From: an uncultured virus (IMG/VR IMGVR_UViG_3300024270_000041)
Taxonomy: Duplodnaviria; Heunggongvirae; Uroviricota; Caudoviricetes
Virus record (IMG/VR): IMGVR_UViG_3300024270_000041
Length of the DNA: 64,000 nucleotides
Direction: 5' to 3' (one strand)
Shown: positions 1-10,765 of the stretch, in pieces
How the letters are laid out: every line of letters starts with the position of its first letter
Position numbering within the stretch: the stretch's first letter is position 1
The notes under the pieces: model-generated
Database searches by the model: none
What the model saw: the letters and a program-made list of their open reading frames with translations, nothing else
What the model was told of the DNA's origin: nothing
Translations under genes and position numbers: made by a program

Positions 1-418
1 GGTGTATGAGATTACAATATTCTGCTACAGCTATAAGACGGTTAGTCTCATACACCTTCGCAAACATATCAGGTTCTTCAATGGAACGTAGATATTCCGA
101 AAGGTTATCAACGCATCCTCTCTTATCCATCGCAATCTTATAGACATAGTTATTCTTAAGAAATACGATACGGTTTGAACCAACACCTACTTCAGTAAAT
201 CCAAGAGGTGTCAGCTTTGCATTGATAAGGTCAGCTATATGATTAACATTTGACTGACCATTAATGTTAAAGTCACCGTTGACGCATTTGTACAAGAACT
301 CTTTGAGTTCATTATCAAAGTACTCTGCAATTCTTGATCCTTTGCGAGAACCACCTTTCATCTTTTCGAGAATCGGGTTCTCATGAAACTTTAACTCATC
401 TAATGGATTAAGTTTCAT
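1..418 (-). CDS. Protein kinase-like fold protein (partial, runs off window start)
   Basis: Not in the ORF track. Manual translation from ATG 418 (RBS AAAGGAGG) gives MKLNPLDELKF...EVGVGSNRIVFLKNNYVYKIAMDKRGCVDNLSEY..., i.e. a Gly-rich loop, beta3 Lys and helix-C Glu pattern. Confidence 0.65.
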   Translation of the reverse strand, partial: MKLNPLDELKFHENPILEKMKGGSRKGSRIAEYFDNELKEFLYKCVNGDFNINGQSNVNHIADLINAKLTPLGFTEVGVGSNRIVFLKNNYVYKIAMDKRGCVDNLSEYLRSIEEPDMFAKVYETNRLIAVAEYCNLIH

Positions 419-421
419 AGT

Positions 422-1480
422 TTACCTCCTTTTGATGATATCATCGAAAATCTTTCCGTCGATATCAGAAGCTACTCCAGATGAAGCTCTGGATAATGAA
501 TGTGCTAAACTTCTCAGCTGGTCACGTGTCTCTGATAAGCTTCCTTCATATTTCTTCCAACGCTTCTTCTGCTTCTTCAATTCCTTCTTGCTCTTGGTTG
601 AGATACCGAGTTCTCGAGCAACGAAGTTTGCATATGATGCATCCTTACCACGAAGCTTCTTAAGACGCTTACGAACACCGCGCTCGAATCCATTCTCAAC
701 GAAGACTCTGCTCCAGTCGAGAATATCTGATGCCTTTCGATTACTAAGTAACCTCTGATCGGACCATACATAAGATTCAGTATTCGAAACGGTTTCCCAT
801 CCATCGTCCTTGTCATTATTCATCATGTCATAGTACTCTGCAAGCTCTGCTATGGACATCTTGCTAGCGTCAATATCATCGATATTCTGCATACCGAATC
901 CTTCCTGACTAGCAAAGTATTGTGCAACGATGTCGTAACTAGCTGCACTATTTGTATCATTACCGATACGCTCATGTCTGTCTTTGGATGAGAATCCTCT
1001 CTCCTGAATCTTGAGAGCTCTCTTTCGGAACTTCTTTCGAGCCAGCTCAGCTTCAACCTCATTATCATCTCTCGATGTTGAGAATTGTGCATCTGAGAGG
1101 TCCCTGAGTTCCAAAGGCTCCAGGGGTTTAATAAACGTACCCATCTCGATAGGTACGTTACCGGATTTCATTATCGCGACATTCTTCTTGCTCATCTTCA
1201 GCTTTGGTCTGTCACGATAACCAGGTGGATACTCTCCGTTATGCTCTTCAGCATACATCATAATCATGTCCAATCCACCATAGTAGTCAATTATCTGTCC
1301 GATGTACTTGTCGTAAATGTACACTGCGTCCAGATACTTGTTAAAGTCCTTCGGAGACTTCTGCAAGTTAACGATTGCATAATACGCCTCCGGAATATCC
1401 GTATCAATACTCTCGTACCAATACGGGTCTTCATCGAACTCGTTTGTTAAAATGGTATTACACCACTTTGGCAATTCCAT
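422..1480 (-). CDS. Hypothetical protein
   Basis: Long ORF. Start moved to MELPKW (1480), which follows GCAGAAAGGAGGAG. Confidence 0.8.
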   Translation of the reverse strand: MELPKWCNTILTNEFDEDPYWYESIDTDIPEAYYAIVNLQKSPKDFNKYLDAVYIYDKYIGQIIDYYGGLDMIMMYAEEHNGEYPPGYRDRPKLKMSKKNVAIMKSGNVPIEMGTFIKPLEPLELRDLSDAQFSTSRDDNEVEAELARKKFRKRALKIQERGFSSKDRHERIGNDTNSAASYDIVAQYFASQEGFGMQNIDDIDASKMSIAELAEYYDMMNNDKDDGWETVSNTESYVWSDQRLLSNRKASDILDWSRVFVENGFERGVRKRLKKLRGKDASYANFVARELGISTKSKKELKKQKKRWKKYEGSLSETRDQLRSLAHSLSRASSGVASDIDGKIFDDIIKRR

Positions 1481-1600
1481 AATTACTCCTCCTTTCTGCA
1501 TTATGGATGGCTTAATGCCGTTCGTATTATATATACTTCACGGCACAAGCGGCATAAAACGAGTAAGACCCGAAAGTCTTACTCGTTTATAAATACCATA

Positions 1601-2233
1601 TTAGTTTTGTAAGTGAGCTGAGCGTTCCCTCTTTACAGAGCATCCGCCCTGTTCAAGCTTCTCAACAAGTGCAGAGAGCTTATGTTCCACAATACGGAGA
1701 TTAGCAATCTCATCTTCGTAGTCCTTGATAGTCTTACTGTAGTCAGTAATATGAAAACCCTTACCGACGTATCCACTGAGTACCTGATCGATTTCATCGT
1801 AGTCGATAATTGGTCCATAACTATTCTTGATAATCATGGATGTCGTATGAATACCATTAGCAAGTGTATAAGCCGTACTACTGAGTCGCTTTATCTCGGC
1901 AAGCTCATTACTAGTAGAACGAGATATGAGCAACTCAGCATCTGCGAACACATTGTATGTATCTACAAGAAATGGATAGAACACCTTTGCTACTTCACCA
2001 GCAGACGGAACCTTATCCTTCCATTTGTTAACGAAAGCCTTTGCAACGGATGCGGTGAATTTAAAGCTATCCATGCTATTATAGAAATCCTTCTCGAGGT
2101 CAATATCATCTTTCAGTCTCTGACCGACATTAAGTACGTCTGCCAGTGTTGTCTGACCGGAATATGCCATCTGAGAGAGAATCTCCAAGTTAGTCCCAAG
2201 TTGAGCAATCAGTTCGATGACCTGATTAGCCAT
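1601..2233 (-). CDS. Hypothetical protein
   Basis: 210-aa ORF with AAAGGAGG RBS, followed by a hairpin terminator at about 1557-1588. Confidence 0.8.
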   Translation of the reverse strand: MANQVIELIAQLGTNLEILSQMAYSGQTTLADVLNVGQRLKDDIDLEKDFYNSMDSFKFTASVAKAFVNKWKDKVPSAGEVAKVFYPFLVDTYNVFADAELLISRSTSNELAEIKRLSSTAYTLANGIHTTSMIIKNSYGPIIDYDEIDQVLSGYVGKGFHITDYSKTIKDYEDEIANLRIVEHKLSALVEKLEQGGCSVKRERSAHLQN

Positions 2234-2294
2234 GTTTATCCCTCCTTTAGTAAAATATAATCGGTAAGCGAGATAACCCGCTTACCGATTATGA

Positions 2295-2771
2295 TTATTC
2301 TTCCTCGTCATCATCGTCTTCGTAACGTTCTTTTTCATAATCGTTATATACGTGACGTACGTAAAAATCTTCGAAGCTGAGGACTCTACCCTGCAGTAAC
2401 TTTGCTAGGTACATAGTAATTCCATCATTGATTTCGTTCAATGATTCTTCATCACGTATGTCCTCCTCATCGACAGATATCAGAATATAGTTCTTACTCT
2501 GAGTCCGGATTTCGATATTATGAGAAATCAGAAGTATGATTCCATTGACCGGTTCTATGAGGTCCGAGCGACAGATGACAGCTACAACCTTTTTACCATC
2601 AATCATGTCAAACCTATCGCTTGAGTTGATAGGGAAGAACTTGTTGATGTTCCTAAGGATGTCGCATAACGTCAGTCCGTTCTGGTCCAAATTCATATAT
2701 ACGATCTGAATATCGCTTACTGACTCAGGAAAAAATGTCTTGATAAATGCTTTCTTATCATTCATGCACAT
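2295..2771 (-). CDS. Hypothetical protein with acidic C-terminus
   Basis: 158-aa ORF with GAAAGGA RBS, in a minus-strand operon. Confidence 0.75.
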   Translation of the reverse strand: MCMNDKKAFIKTFFPESVSDIQIVYMNLDQNGLTLCDILRNINKFFPINSSDRFDMIDGKKVVAVICRSDLIEPVNGIILLISHNIEIRTQSKNYILISVDEEDIRDEESLNEINDGITMYLAKLLQGRVLSFEDFYVRHVYNDYEKERYEDDDDEEE

Positions 2772-2832
2772 AACATCCTTTCGAGGTTGTGAATTTTTAA
2801 ATCATTATTCTCTTCCTCTAGAATATTATCAG

Positions 2833-3222
2833 TTAGCCGGAGAATTTCAAATTATCGAACTGGTGCGTATCGGCACTGCCTTTGCACATGATGAAGTATT
2901 TACCCTTCTTCAGTTTATATTCCTTGATAGTTGTATATCCAAGCTTCCTATAGAGGTTAATCGCGGGCTTATTGTCAACCTTCACGAATAGATAGATACC
3001 TTTCCCGGGGAATCTCTTCTTCACATCAGAATGCATCACACCCATTAGATTGGTTGCAAGCCCTTGACCTCTATATGCTGGATGGGTTTCAACGTCAGAT
3101 ACAAGAATCCAATCGAAGTTCTCTCGGCTATAATCATGTATCTTCAGTGATGATATAGTCATACCATCTTTATTCTGGAAGAGGTATGTATTATCATACT
3201 GCTTGAGTTTATACTCTAACAT
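2833..3222 (-). CDS. GNAT-family acetyltransferase
   Basis: Acetyl-CoA motif A VETHPAYRGQGLATNLM and motif B LFVKVDNKPAINLYRKLGY. Confidence 0.92.
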   Translation of the reverse strand: MLEYKLKQYDNTYLFQNKDGMTISSLKIHDYSRENFDWILVSDVETHPAYRGQGLATNLMGVMHSDVKKRFPGKGIYLFVKVDNKPAINLYRKLGYTTIKEYKLKKGKYFIMCKGSADTHQFDNLKFSG

Positions 3223-3224
3223 AA

Positions 3225-4037
3225 TTACTCACCTGATTCGACGGCCTCTGGTTCGACTTTAGCCTTTGCGGCTTTCTTCATTTGCTTTTCAGCCTTTTCC
3301 TTCTCTTTTTCCTCCTTGGCCATAGTACCACGGTTGGTAGAGATAGTTTCAAGCCATTCCTCTTTTACTTCCGGTAACGGTGTACCTTCGTTGATATTAA
3401 GGTAAACAAACTCTGGATTCGCAGCCTCAGACTGTAAGTCACCACACTGCATCGAGAGCTGAACCTTGAGAGCCAGCTTCTTCTGAATGTGCTCAGCTTT
3501 AGTTTCAATAATGTACTGATAGTGCTCATAAAGCTTCGCATAGTCGAAAAAGATATGCTGTAAAGGAATGAATACTTTATGACTGTCCACCAATTCATGC
3601 TGGGTTTTACTAAGCGGGATGAGACCCACAAGCCCAGCATAGTGCAGTTCCATGACACTTTCTGCAATATCGAGCGTATTAAGGGGTTCATTTTGCTCCT
3701 CTCTCCTCAGAATCTCCAGGTCTACGATATCATAGAGTGGAAATGGTTCATGATGGATTTCGACTGAATATTTCTTGCCCTCACCTTTTGTTACCGCGGG
3801 CAAGATGGCACAATGTACCATGTTGTACTCGTTCTTGAGAAGTGCGATATAATCTTTATACTCAGTAGAAGCTCTGATATAACGCTCGCACTGCTTGATA
3901 AGCTTATCTCTCTCACGATTGTTTCTTATAAGGTGTACGGTTCTTTCGGGCATCTCATCAACGGTAACGTTGATGGTTTTCGTCTTTCTCTTTGGTACCC
4001 TGTCCGCACTAATATTTCTCATTGATATAACACTCAT
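3225..4037 (-). CDS. Phage protein, possible HNH-like (bba-Me) fold
   Basis: C...VEIHHEPF...LIPLSKTQHELV pattern resembles a degenerate HNH motif. Function is inferred. Confidence 0.4.
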   Translation of the reverse strand: MSVISMRNISADRVPKRKTKTINVTVDEMPERTVHLIRNNRERDKLIKQCERYIRASTEYKDYIALLKNEYNMVHCAILPAVTKGEGKKYSVEIHHEPFPLYDIVDLEILRREEQNEPLNTLDIAESVMELHYAGLVGLIPLSKTQHELVDSHKVFIPLQHIFFDYAKLYEHYQYIIETKAEHIQKKLALKVQLSMQCGDLQSEAANPEFVYLNINEGTPLPEVKEEWLETISTNRGTMAKEEKEKEKAEKQMKKAAKAKVEPEAVESGE

Positions 4038-4285
4038 TTTGCTGAAGTCTCCTCATCAATGATAGCCAGAAGCCTAGCCTCGTATGCTTCGACACATTTG
4101 CATATCTGACCATAGGCTTCTGTCGTATCATGAATTTCTTCCGTTAATGTCCTATACATAGATGAACCGCGTTCATATTTAGCTTTTGCCTTTTCAAGCA
4201 TAGTAATAGTGGATGAGTACTCAATCTTTAGTCGTCTATAACAGTTGAGACTGTTTGTGACGGATTCACGTGATGCATCTATCAT
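4034..4285 (-). CDS. Small helical hypothetical protein
   Basis: 83-aa ORF with GAGG RBS; its stop overlaps the next start (ATGA coupling). Confidence 0.7.
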   Translation of the reverse strand: MIDASRESVTNSLNCYRRLKIEYSSTITMLEKAKAKYERGSSMYRTLTEEIHDTTEAYGQICKCVEAYEARLLAIIDEETSAK

Positions 4286-4321
4286 AATCTTTACCTCATA
4301 ATTATTAGTAGTGAATAACGG

Positions 4322-5773
4322 TTAGAAAAGGTCGTTGATATCGTCCTTAGTGATAAGCGTCAGATCACTTTCATCAGGAACGATTGGAATATGCTCTGGT
4401 GGAATCTCTGGTTCATCAACACCTTCAATCTTATCGAGATATGCGACGAACAGATGATACTGTCTGAATCTGAAATGATTCTTCTTTTCATCATAATCAC
4501 GTTTAGTCGTATTGAAGAGTGTAATCTTGATGGAATCTTCCGGTTCTACCTCATCTGCAGGTGGGTCGGTAGATACATACAGTTCATTAGATTCGAAAAG
4601 AATCCTGTTGAACTTACCCTGGTAGTCATGATAACCAAAGTCGATTTCATCCCAGCCAATTTCAATCTTATCGATAGTTTCAACCAGTGTTTCGGTGGAC
4701 TCATATCCTTCATAATATGTATCGGTCGCATACCCGAAGAAGAAGAGCCTGAATGGGATTTCATCATGTTTAACAGTACGTGTGATGGTGGAAGTACCTG
4801 GCTGAATCTCGATTGTGGTATACTGCCAGTGGTCATAGTTGGGGCTCTCTGGAAGGTCAGGTCTATCTACTGGGAGGTAGAACTTATGAACTTCCTCACC
4901 ATCTTCCAGACTAGGGAGCTCTACCTTTTCGTAGTCCGTGAAGAAAATAGATGGACAGAAATACTTAGTACCAATAACTGGGTCAAAGTCGTGGGTTGGG
5001 GCTACTGTATCATCCTCCATAAACACGTATCTATATGTCATTGGTGTTGACAGTGGATACTGCTTATAGCATGTCATAAAGTCCTCAAAGCTGTGGAAGC
5101 CATATGCGATGATAGAGTTAGCATAGTCCTTGAGTTCTGGGTCAGTGATAAGTGTAAGGAATCCTTCATTATCAATACATGGGCTATATGGCACGTATAC
5201 ATAATCGAGAAGCTTCTTCTGGAACATCTCGAGAATACGGTCCCTAGTAATATTGAATGATGTGAAGAGATATCCCTTATCATTCCAGCGGACATAAATA
5301 TCGTGTGTATTATTAGTGTCAGTGCCTGGAGCACATTCATCGCAGAGTACCTCGCATGTCTTACAACCGCAATTACAGCTACCGTAATAGTCATATGCAA
5401 TGAATCCATTAGGGAATGTGAATGTGGCAGTATTACCATCACCACGGATAATAGCAAGCTCGTTGAGATTGTTTACTGGGAGCTCATAATATCCAGGATA
5501 GAGAATCTTAACGATACTCTTGATAGGTGTAAGATCAGTTACCAGACGATGGATATCTGATACATAATTAGCATTTAATGAAATCGGAACCAGGAATATA
5601 TTTGCGAATTTAACCTTGGAGGCTATTTCATATACATCGTCATATGCACCAGGGAAAGTAATAAAGACAAACAATGATGAGGACGCTGGGTCGCTCAACA
5701 TTGGAATTGCGGTATAACCACCCTCCGGATCAGGAGGCTGAAATATACCTGTTAAAGCGAGTAATGGTATCAT
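4322..5773 (-). CDS. Hypothetical late (probably virion) protein
   Basis: 483-aa ORF with GAAAGGAG RBS and late promoter AACA-N6-TA at 5812-5801. Contains a Cys cluster CNCGCKTCEVLCDEC. Confidence 0.6.
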   Translation of the reverse strand: MIPLLALTGIFQPPDPEGGYTAIPMLSDPASSSLFVFITFPGAYDDVYEIASKVKFANIFLVPISLNANYVSDIHRLVTDLTPIKSIVKILYPGYYELPVNNLNELAIIRGDGNTATFTFPNGFIAYDYYGSCNCGCKTCEVLCDECAPGTDTNNTHDIYVRWNDKGYLFTSFNITRDRILEMFQKKLLDYVYVPYSPCIDNEGFLTLITDPELKDYANSIIAYGFHSFEDFMTCYKQYPLSTPMTYRYVFMEDDTVAPTHDFDPVIGTKYFCPSIFFTDYEKVELPSLEDGEEVHKFYLPVDRPDLPESPNYDHWQYTTIEIQPGTSTITRTVKHDEIPFRLFFFGYATDTYYEGYESTETLVETIDKIEIGWDEIDFGYHDYQGKFNRILFESNELYVSTDPPADEVEPEDSIKITLFNTTKRDYDEKKNHFRFRQYHLFVAYLDKIEGVDEPEIPPEHIPIVPDESDLTLITKDDINDLF

Positions 5774-5883
5774 TATCGTTATCTCCTTTCACAAGGTAAT
5801 TATAAGGGTGTTTCTGGTTCAGCTTGATAAGAACAATGCCGGAAACAGTTCGATAACCTAATTGAAAGGTGGTGTGACTACAA

Positions 5884-8754
5884 ATGGCTAGTACCGAAAT
5901 ATCCGGTAGAATATTTCAAAAGAGTCTTATGGAAATGATTCATGGACTTGCTTGGAAGAATGGTTACTTAGCTAAGAAAGAAGAGGCTAAATGTGATAGA
6001 ATCTATACTGATAGGTACGAATCTGCTGCCAGAAAACTTCTTCAATATTATTCGGTGTCTGACCTTAAGAAGATTGCCGATTGTAATGAAACCCGATTCA
6101 ATAATTTATTGAATGAACTGAAGCCTGAACTTGCACATCTCCGTGATTATCTCATTACATTCTGGTCGTATGAGGAGCCCAACGCATATTACCGTATGTT
6201 ATATGGTAAACCACCGTTGGATTTTGAGCCGAAATACGGCGTGTATGTGCAGCGTGATAATCCATGGGGATTGGATCATAGAGTCCCTGTCCATGATGCA
6301 CCATTCAACATTTTAGTCTTGGTTGAAAATGCTGGGGTATTGGATTATTATAAGAACCTGATTGAGCAGGATAAGACATTTCTATATGTAACTCATATGA
6401 CACATAGAAAGATTTATCCATTCGTAGCCAGACTTGCTCAGGACTTCGATCTTTTATATGTACCAGAAGCAGAAATAAGCGTATTATCACGTGATTTCCG
6501 AGAAACATATCAGATGTGTCGCGATTTCATTGTGATTAGATATTACTCTGAGGCATACTACAACCGGTATGAATATTATGAAGGTATGGTAGGTATGTCA
6601 ATACTCTTTCAGACCATTCAGCAGATGCACGTTAAATATCTCGAAGCCGATATTACCAGAGACTTCTATGATCTCGACTCGATTAAAATCGTATATGAGG
6701 CATATTCGGTACCGTTCTTTGAGAATATACCAATCTTCTATCACCAGAAAATTATTAAGGCGATGAACCGCCTGCTTATGTATAAAGGCGGAAACCAGGT
6801 ATTCTTTGACCTCTGTGCATTGTTCGATTTTGAATCCTTAGATGTATTCAAATACTACCTATGTAAGACAAATGCACAATATGATGAAAATGGTCGACCT
6901 ATAATCGTCCCTACTCCAAGTGGCAATATCGATTACGAGCAAACATATAAGGTCTTCTTTGCTAAGGGACTTTTGGACGGTGATCCATTTCTCGATATCA
7001 CTAATGAAAACAATCATCTTGACTATTGGCCAGTTACGGCAGCGGATCCATATTGGATTAACGATGAAGACCTCATACAAAAAATTTACCGTACGGATTA
7101 CAACTATACTGAGACCAAATATATCGGTCTTCAGATGGTATTCAGTATGACAAAGTTTATGTTCGAGAGCTGTTACTTCATGCAGATGCTTGCACATAAC
7201 AGACGAACGGTTTCCTATATACGCGTATCGCATGGCAAACTTGGGGCTGAAATTGACCTGTTTACACTGGTCGTTTATATTCATGCCATTATATATAGAC
7301 GGCTTGGATACGTCGGTAATATCCCCAGAACACTTGAGCAGCGTGGTCGAGTGATGGGATTTAACTTTAAAGACGACCTTAGGCATGTAATTGAGGACCT
7401 TCGATACCATGAAAGTGAATTTCATAAATATCATTCATCATCCAGTACAGATATTAAGGTACATGGTCCAAATGTGCAGGTTAACAACGATAATATCGTT
7501 GAGGGCACAGCACGTATCAGTGACGACGGGTTTATTACGTTCACTCCTAATAAACCGGTAGATGGTGTGCATCCTAGCAGTGGTAAGGTCTATGTTGATA
7601 CGGAAAAGCACAAATCGTATATATGGGACATAACCCTCGACAATCCAAGATATGTGGAATATATCGTGGATAATAAACATCATGAAGATTTAGATGGAGA
7701 TGACCATAAATATAATGTCGGATCAAATATTTATGATGACCTGATGATGATTAGAGACACTTGTGATGTATCCAACTTACTTGACATCCTTGAGAATATG
7801 TATATTACAAACGACAGTTCATGTGTTAAAGTATATAATAACATCAAAGAATTGTATCAGCTTCTTGAGGATAGAATTCTGAGATGTAAAGACCCCGATA
7901 CATATTTCGCATATAAGCATCTTTACAAACTGCTCCTTACAACCGAAGAAACTGCGGACATATTCCTTAAATCGGACGGTACCGTAGCGGATAACATAAT
8001 CGAACTTCTCGAAGACTTGAACCCATCATTATCTGTCAGAATATCCATGATGACGGATACACAATTGGTACAAGAATTACAATACTCACTTGCTGCACTT
8101 GAAAAGATAGGTGCCGAACTTAAGTATATCCAGAGTTATGGTGGTATGCATGGTAAGATTATCAGTGAATATCTCTATCAGCTCATCAGGGTATTTAAAT
8201 CCGCTAAGGTTGACCTTGTGGATTTTAGAGCCATCTATGTTATAGATGGCCGTATGACTAACTTGATTAAGTTCATGGTGAAGTTAAAGCTTCAATCAAT
8301 GGAGCGAGATTTACCTAACGGCTCCACCATCGACCTTATCGACGACGTCCGTCTAAGAATGATTGGCGGATGTAATCGTGAGAATAAGTATGACTTATTC
8401 ATCGCTAGAAATTCAGTTACTGGTAATTCTGAGTATAGGTCTCATACATGTACGGGACTTATGTCTAGACCACAGTGTGCTAATTGCACCGAGAAAAATA
8501 AGAAATGTGGGTGCGTAGTTCGAGAACCATTTATGTTCGAGAATAAATTTGACATGCTCTTCAGATTAAGTCGATATGTCGAAGATGATTTCGCTGAAGA
8601 CTTCAAAGATATTATCATCAACAGAACGTTCGTCAGACGTCACGCAATCGCTAATGACAAACTACCACTTATTGATGATATCAATCTCGCTATTAGGGAT
8701 TCTATCATTAAAGATACAAACATGTTTGTAGATAAGTTAATCAAACTTGAATGA
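5884..8754 (+). CDS. Large virion structural protein, probable baseplate wedge subunit
   Basis: 956 aa under a late promoter (5844-5855). The segment LLMYKGGNQVFFDLCALF resembles the wedge (gpI/gp7-like) xKGT helix motif. Inferred. Confidence 0.5.
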   Translation: MASTEISGRIFQKSLMEMIHGLAWKNGYLAKKEEAKCDRIYTDRYESAARKLLQYYSVSDLKKIADCNETRFNNLLNELKPELAHLRDYLITFWSYEEPNAYYRMLYGKPPLDFEPKYGVYVQRDNPWGLDHRVPVHDAPFNILVLVENAGVLDYYKNLIEQDKTFLYVTHMTHRKIYPFVARLAQDFDLLYVPEAEISVLSRDFRETYQMCRDFIVIRYYSEAYYNRYEYYEGMVGMSILFQTIQQMHVKYLEADITRDFYDLDSIKIVYEAYSVPFFENIPIFYHQKIIKAMNRLLMYKGGNQVFFDLCALFDFESLDVFKYYLCKTNAQYDENGRPIIVPTPSGNIDYEQTYKVFFAKGLLDGDPFLDITNENNHLDYWPVTAADPYWINDEDLIQKIYRTDYNYTETKYIGLQMVFSMTKFMFESCYFMQMLAHNRRTVSYIRVSHGKLGAEIDLFTLVVYIHAIIYRRLGYVGNIPRTLEQRGRVMGFNFKDDLRHVIEDLRYHESEFHKYHSSSSTDIKVHGPNVQVNNDNIVEGTARISDDGFITFTPNKPVDGVHPSSGKVYVDTEKHKSYIWDITLDNPRYVEYIVDNKHHEDLDGDDHKYNVGSNIYDDLMMIRDTCDVSNLLDILENMYITNDSSCVKVYNNIKELYQLLEDRILRCKDPDTYFAYKHLYKLLLTTEETADIFLKSDGTVADNIIELLEDLNPSLSVRISMMTDTQLVQELQYSLAALEKIGAELKYIQSYGGMHGKIISEYLYQLIRVFKSAKVDLVDFRAIYVIDGRMTNLIKFMVKLKLQSMERDLPNGSTIDLIDDVRLRMIGGCNRENKYDLFIARNSVTGNSEYRSHTCTGLMSRPQCANCTEKNKKCGCVVREPFMFENKFDMLFRLSRYVEDDFAEDFKDIIINRTFVRRHAIANDKLPLIDDINLAIRDSIIKDTNMFVDKLIKLE

Positions 8755-9674
8755 AAGGAATGATTATAATGGCACAGATTTTAAAGGATAATCTTGGACT
8801 CTGTGAGATGATTAATCGTGACCAGGAGATTATTGCTAGAAAGCATGGTCTTCCGGTTATGAGAGGCGTTCTCTATAAGGTAAACATGGACTCCAATGGT
8901 GACCCAATTTTCGATAAGCTCGAAAAGGTCAATGAAAATACTGTAGTACTCGGAGGTGCCGTTCTTGCACTCGAGAAACTCTTCGGCAGGGGTGCCAAGT
9001 ACCTCCCAGGTACTCTTAATGAAGAGTATAAAGTTAACGACGCGTTTGATGTCAATCCGCAGCAGACATATATCAGATGCTTTGGCGTAGGTACGGGTGG
9101 TGCTCGTGATACAATCGGTAGCGTTCTCGACCCGGACTTCAAGCAGAAGTTCCTGAATGATATGATCCCGTTCAGAATCTCTGATACAGAAGATCTTGCT
9201 GATACAATCGACCCCGAAGTTGCAAAGAAGTATTTCTTCAGACGTCAGATTTATGAGAATCCTAAGCCACTGTGGGGCTGGTATCTCAAGGAATTTGAAA
9301 ATCCTGATTCTATACCTCAGCCTTCATCATACTGGAAAGATGTTCCGGATCCTAACTCTCTCGGTACGGAAGTAAGTAGTAATCCAGAACCATATACACT
9401 TATCGGCGAGAATGATAACCTCATCGAATGTTTCGGTGAATGTATCATCAAGCTCGAAGAAGATGACCTCAGACCTTGGTTCCAGTATAACGGTAGCCTT
9501 CCTACTGCACGATATAATACATTTGGTCTCTTCACTGGAGCGAAGACACCTATCGTATCAGGATATGTTGACTATGTTGGAGTAAGACTTTTCTCAGTGG
9601 TTAACTTCAACAACGTTGCCCTCGATATGCCTACATCTGCAACATATCTCTATCGTGTATATGCTGCTATCTAA
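8751..9674 (+). CDS. Baseplate/tail-fibre attachment structural protein
   Basis: N-terminal NTVVLGG..L..LFG and FGVGTGG motifs are typical of baseplate/collar beta-proteins. Coupled to the upstream gene; real start may be 8769. Confidence 0.5.
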   Translation: MKGMIIMAQILKDNLGLCEMINRDQEIIARKHGLPVMRGVLYKVNMDSNGDPIFDKLEKVNENTVVLGGAVLALEKLFGRGAKYLPGTLNEEYKVNDAFDVNPQQTYIRCFGVGTGGARDTIGSVLDPDFKQKFLNDMIPFRISDTEDLADTIDPEVAKKYFFRRQIYENPKPLWGWYLKEFENPDSIPQPSSYWKDVPDPNSLGTEVSSNPEPYTLIGENDNLIECFGECIIKLEEDDLRPWFQYNGSLPTARYNTFGLFTGAKTPIVSGYVDYVGVRLFSVVNFNNVALDMPTSATYLYRVYAAI

Positions 9675-9963
9675 ATTACTTAAAAGAAAGAAGAAATTTA
9701 TTGCTGTGCATGTAAATGGCTTTGTCAATTCAGATGGAACTGAGAATGTACATGGGAGGTTTCAATACGACTTTGAAGAATCACTCGTAGGATTTACGTC
9801 GAAATTGAAAATCATAGACACCATCAGTGGACATTATTATGTTAACACTATAGGACCTGAGTATAGATCAGAGAACTGCAGCTCAGTTAATATGCTCGAA
9901 ATCTTTCAGCGGTTAAATTTATATATCCGCACTAACAACTTCAATAATGAGAGGATTATGTAA
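9661..9963 (+). CDS. Hypothetical protein
   Basis: ORF overlaps the end of the previous gene (MLLSKLLK...). No clear RBS. Confidence 0.45.
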   Translation: MLLSKLLKRKKKFIAVHVNGFVNSDGTENVHGRFQYDFEESLVGFTSKLKIIDTISGHYYVNTIGPEYRSENCSSVNMLEIFQRLNLYIRTNNFNNERIM

Positions 9964-10152
9964 TGTCGCCCTCAAGCATTATATGCGTTTATCGCACAGG
10001 GATTGACTTTTCTATTTTGGACAATGCCGGTATGAGACACCTCATCAACGCATATGGGCGATCCTCCTCCTCTCTAAACTGTCGTCATGGCAGGACCTAC
10101 CTAAATACAACGATGATACCCGGATGCCTCCGTATGGGCATCCGGGTATTTC
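9964..10152 (+). ncRNA. Candidate structured RNA/3' element with CCUCCUCCU tract and terminator
   Basis: Stems TCGCCC 9966-9971/GGGCGA 10056-10061 and ATATGCGTT 9981-9989/AACGCATAT 10047-10055, then TCCTCCTCCTCTCT 10062-10075 and a terminator at 10116-10149. Confidence 0.45.
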
Positions 10153-10246
10153 GTATCGTTTAAATGTCAAACTATATATCCTTACATGGTAAAAAAGACC
10201 GATGAGGTCGACAAAATGTCTAATATTGTAAAGGAGGTAGATTTCT

Positions 10247-10732
10247 ATGAGACATCGTAGAATCCCCACTAAGGAGAATTATTATCTCGATATTGCAGAA
10301 GCAGTTGCAGGAAGGGGTACATGTATTAGAAGATGCTTCGGTGCGATTATAGTTAAGGATGACAGAATCATATCCACTGGATATGTTGGAGCACCTAGAG
10401 GTGAAGAGCATTGTTGTGATACCGGAAAGTGTATTCGACATGAATTGAATATACCATCTGGTGAACGATATGAATTATGTAAGAGTGTCCATGCCGAGAT
10501 GAATGCTATCATAAATGGTACTGCATCAGATATGATTGGTTCGACTATGTATTTAGTTGGAAAACACGTCACTGATGACGGCACACTCGGAGAGTATGTG
10601 GATGGTACATCACCATGTAAACTGTGTAGACGTATGATAATCAATGCACGTATTGCTTATGTGGTAATAAGGAATGCTGATGGTATTACTTGGAGAAAGT
10701 ATCCCGTATCCGAATTACCTGAATATAAATAA
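10247..10732 (+). CDS. dCMP deaminase (ComEB/T4 cd-like)
   Basis: Zn-deaminase motifs VHAEMNA and SPCKLC, plus C.RR.FGAIIVKD.RIISTGY.G.P. RBS AAAGGAGG. Confidence 0.93.
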   Translation: MRHRRIPTKENYYLDIAEAVAGRGTCIRRCFGAIIVKDDRIISTGYVGAPRGEEHCCDTGKCIRHELNIPSGERYELCKSVHAEMNAIINGTASDMIGSTMYLVGKHVTDDGTLGEYVDGTSPCKLCRRMIINARIAYVVIRNADGITWRKYPVSELPEYK

Positions 10733-10765
10733 CTTTAACTTTAAGATCTTAGGAGGGTCCAAATT

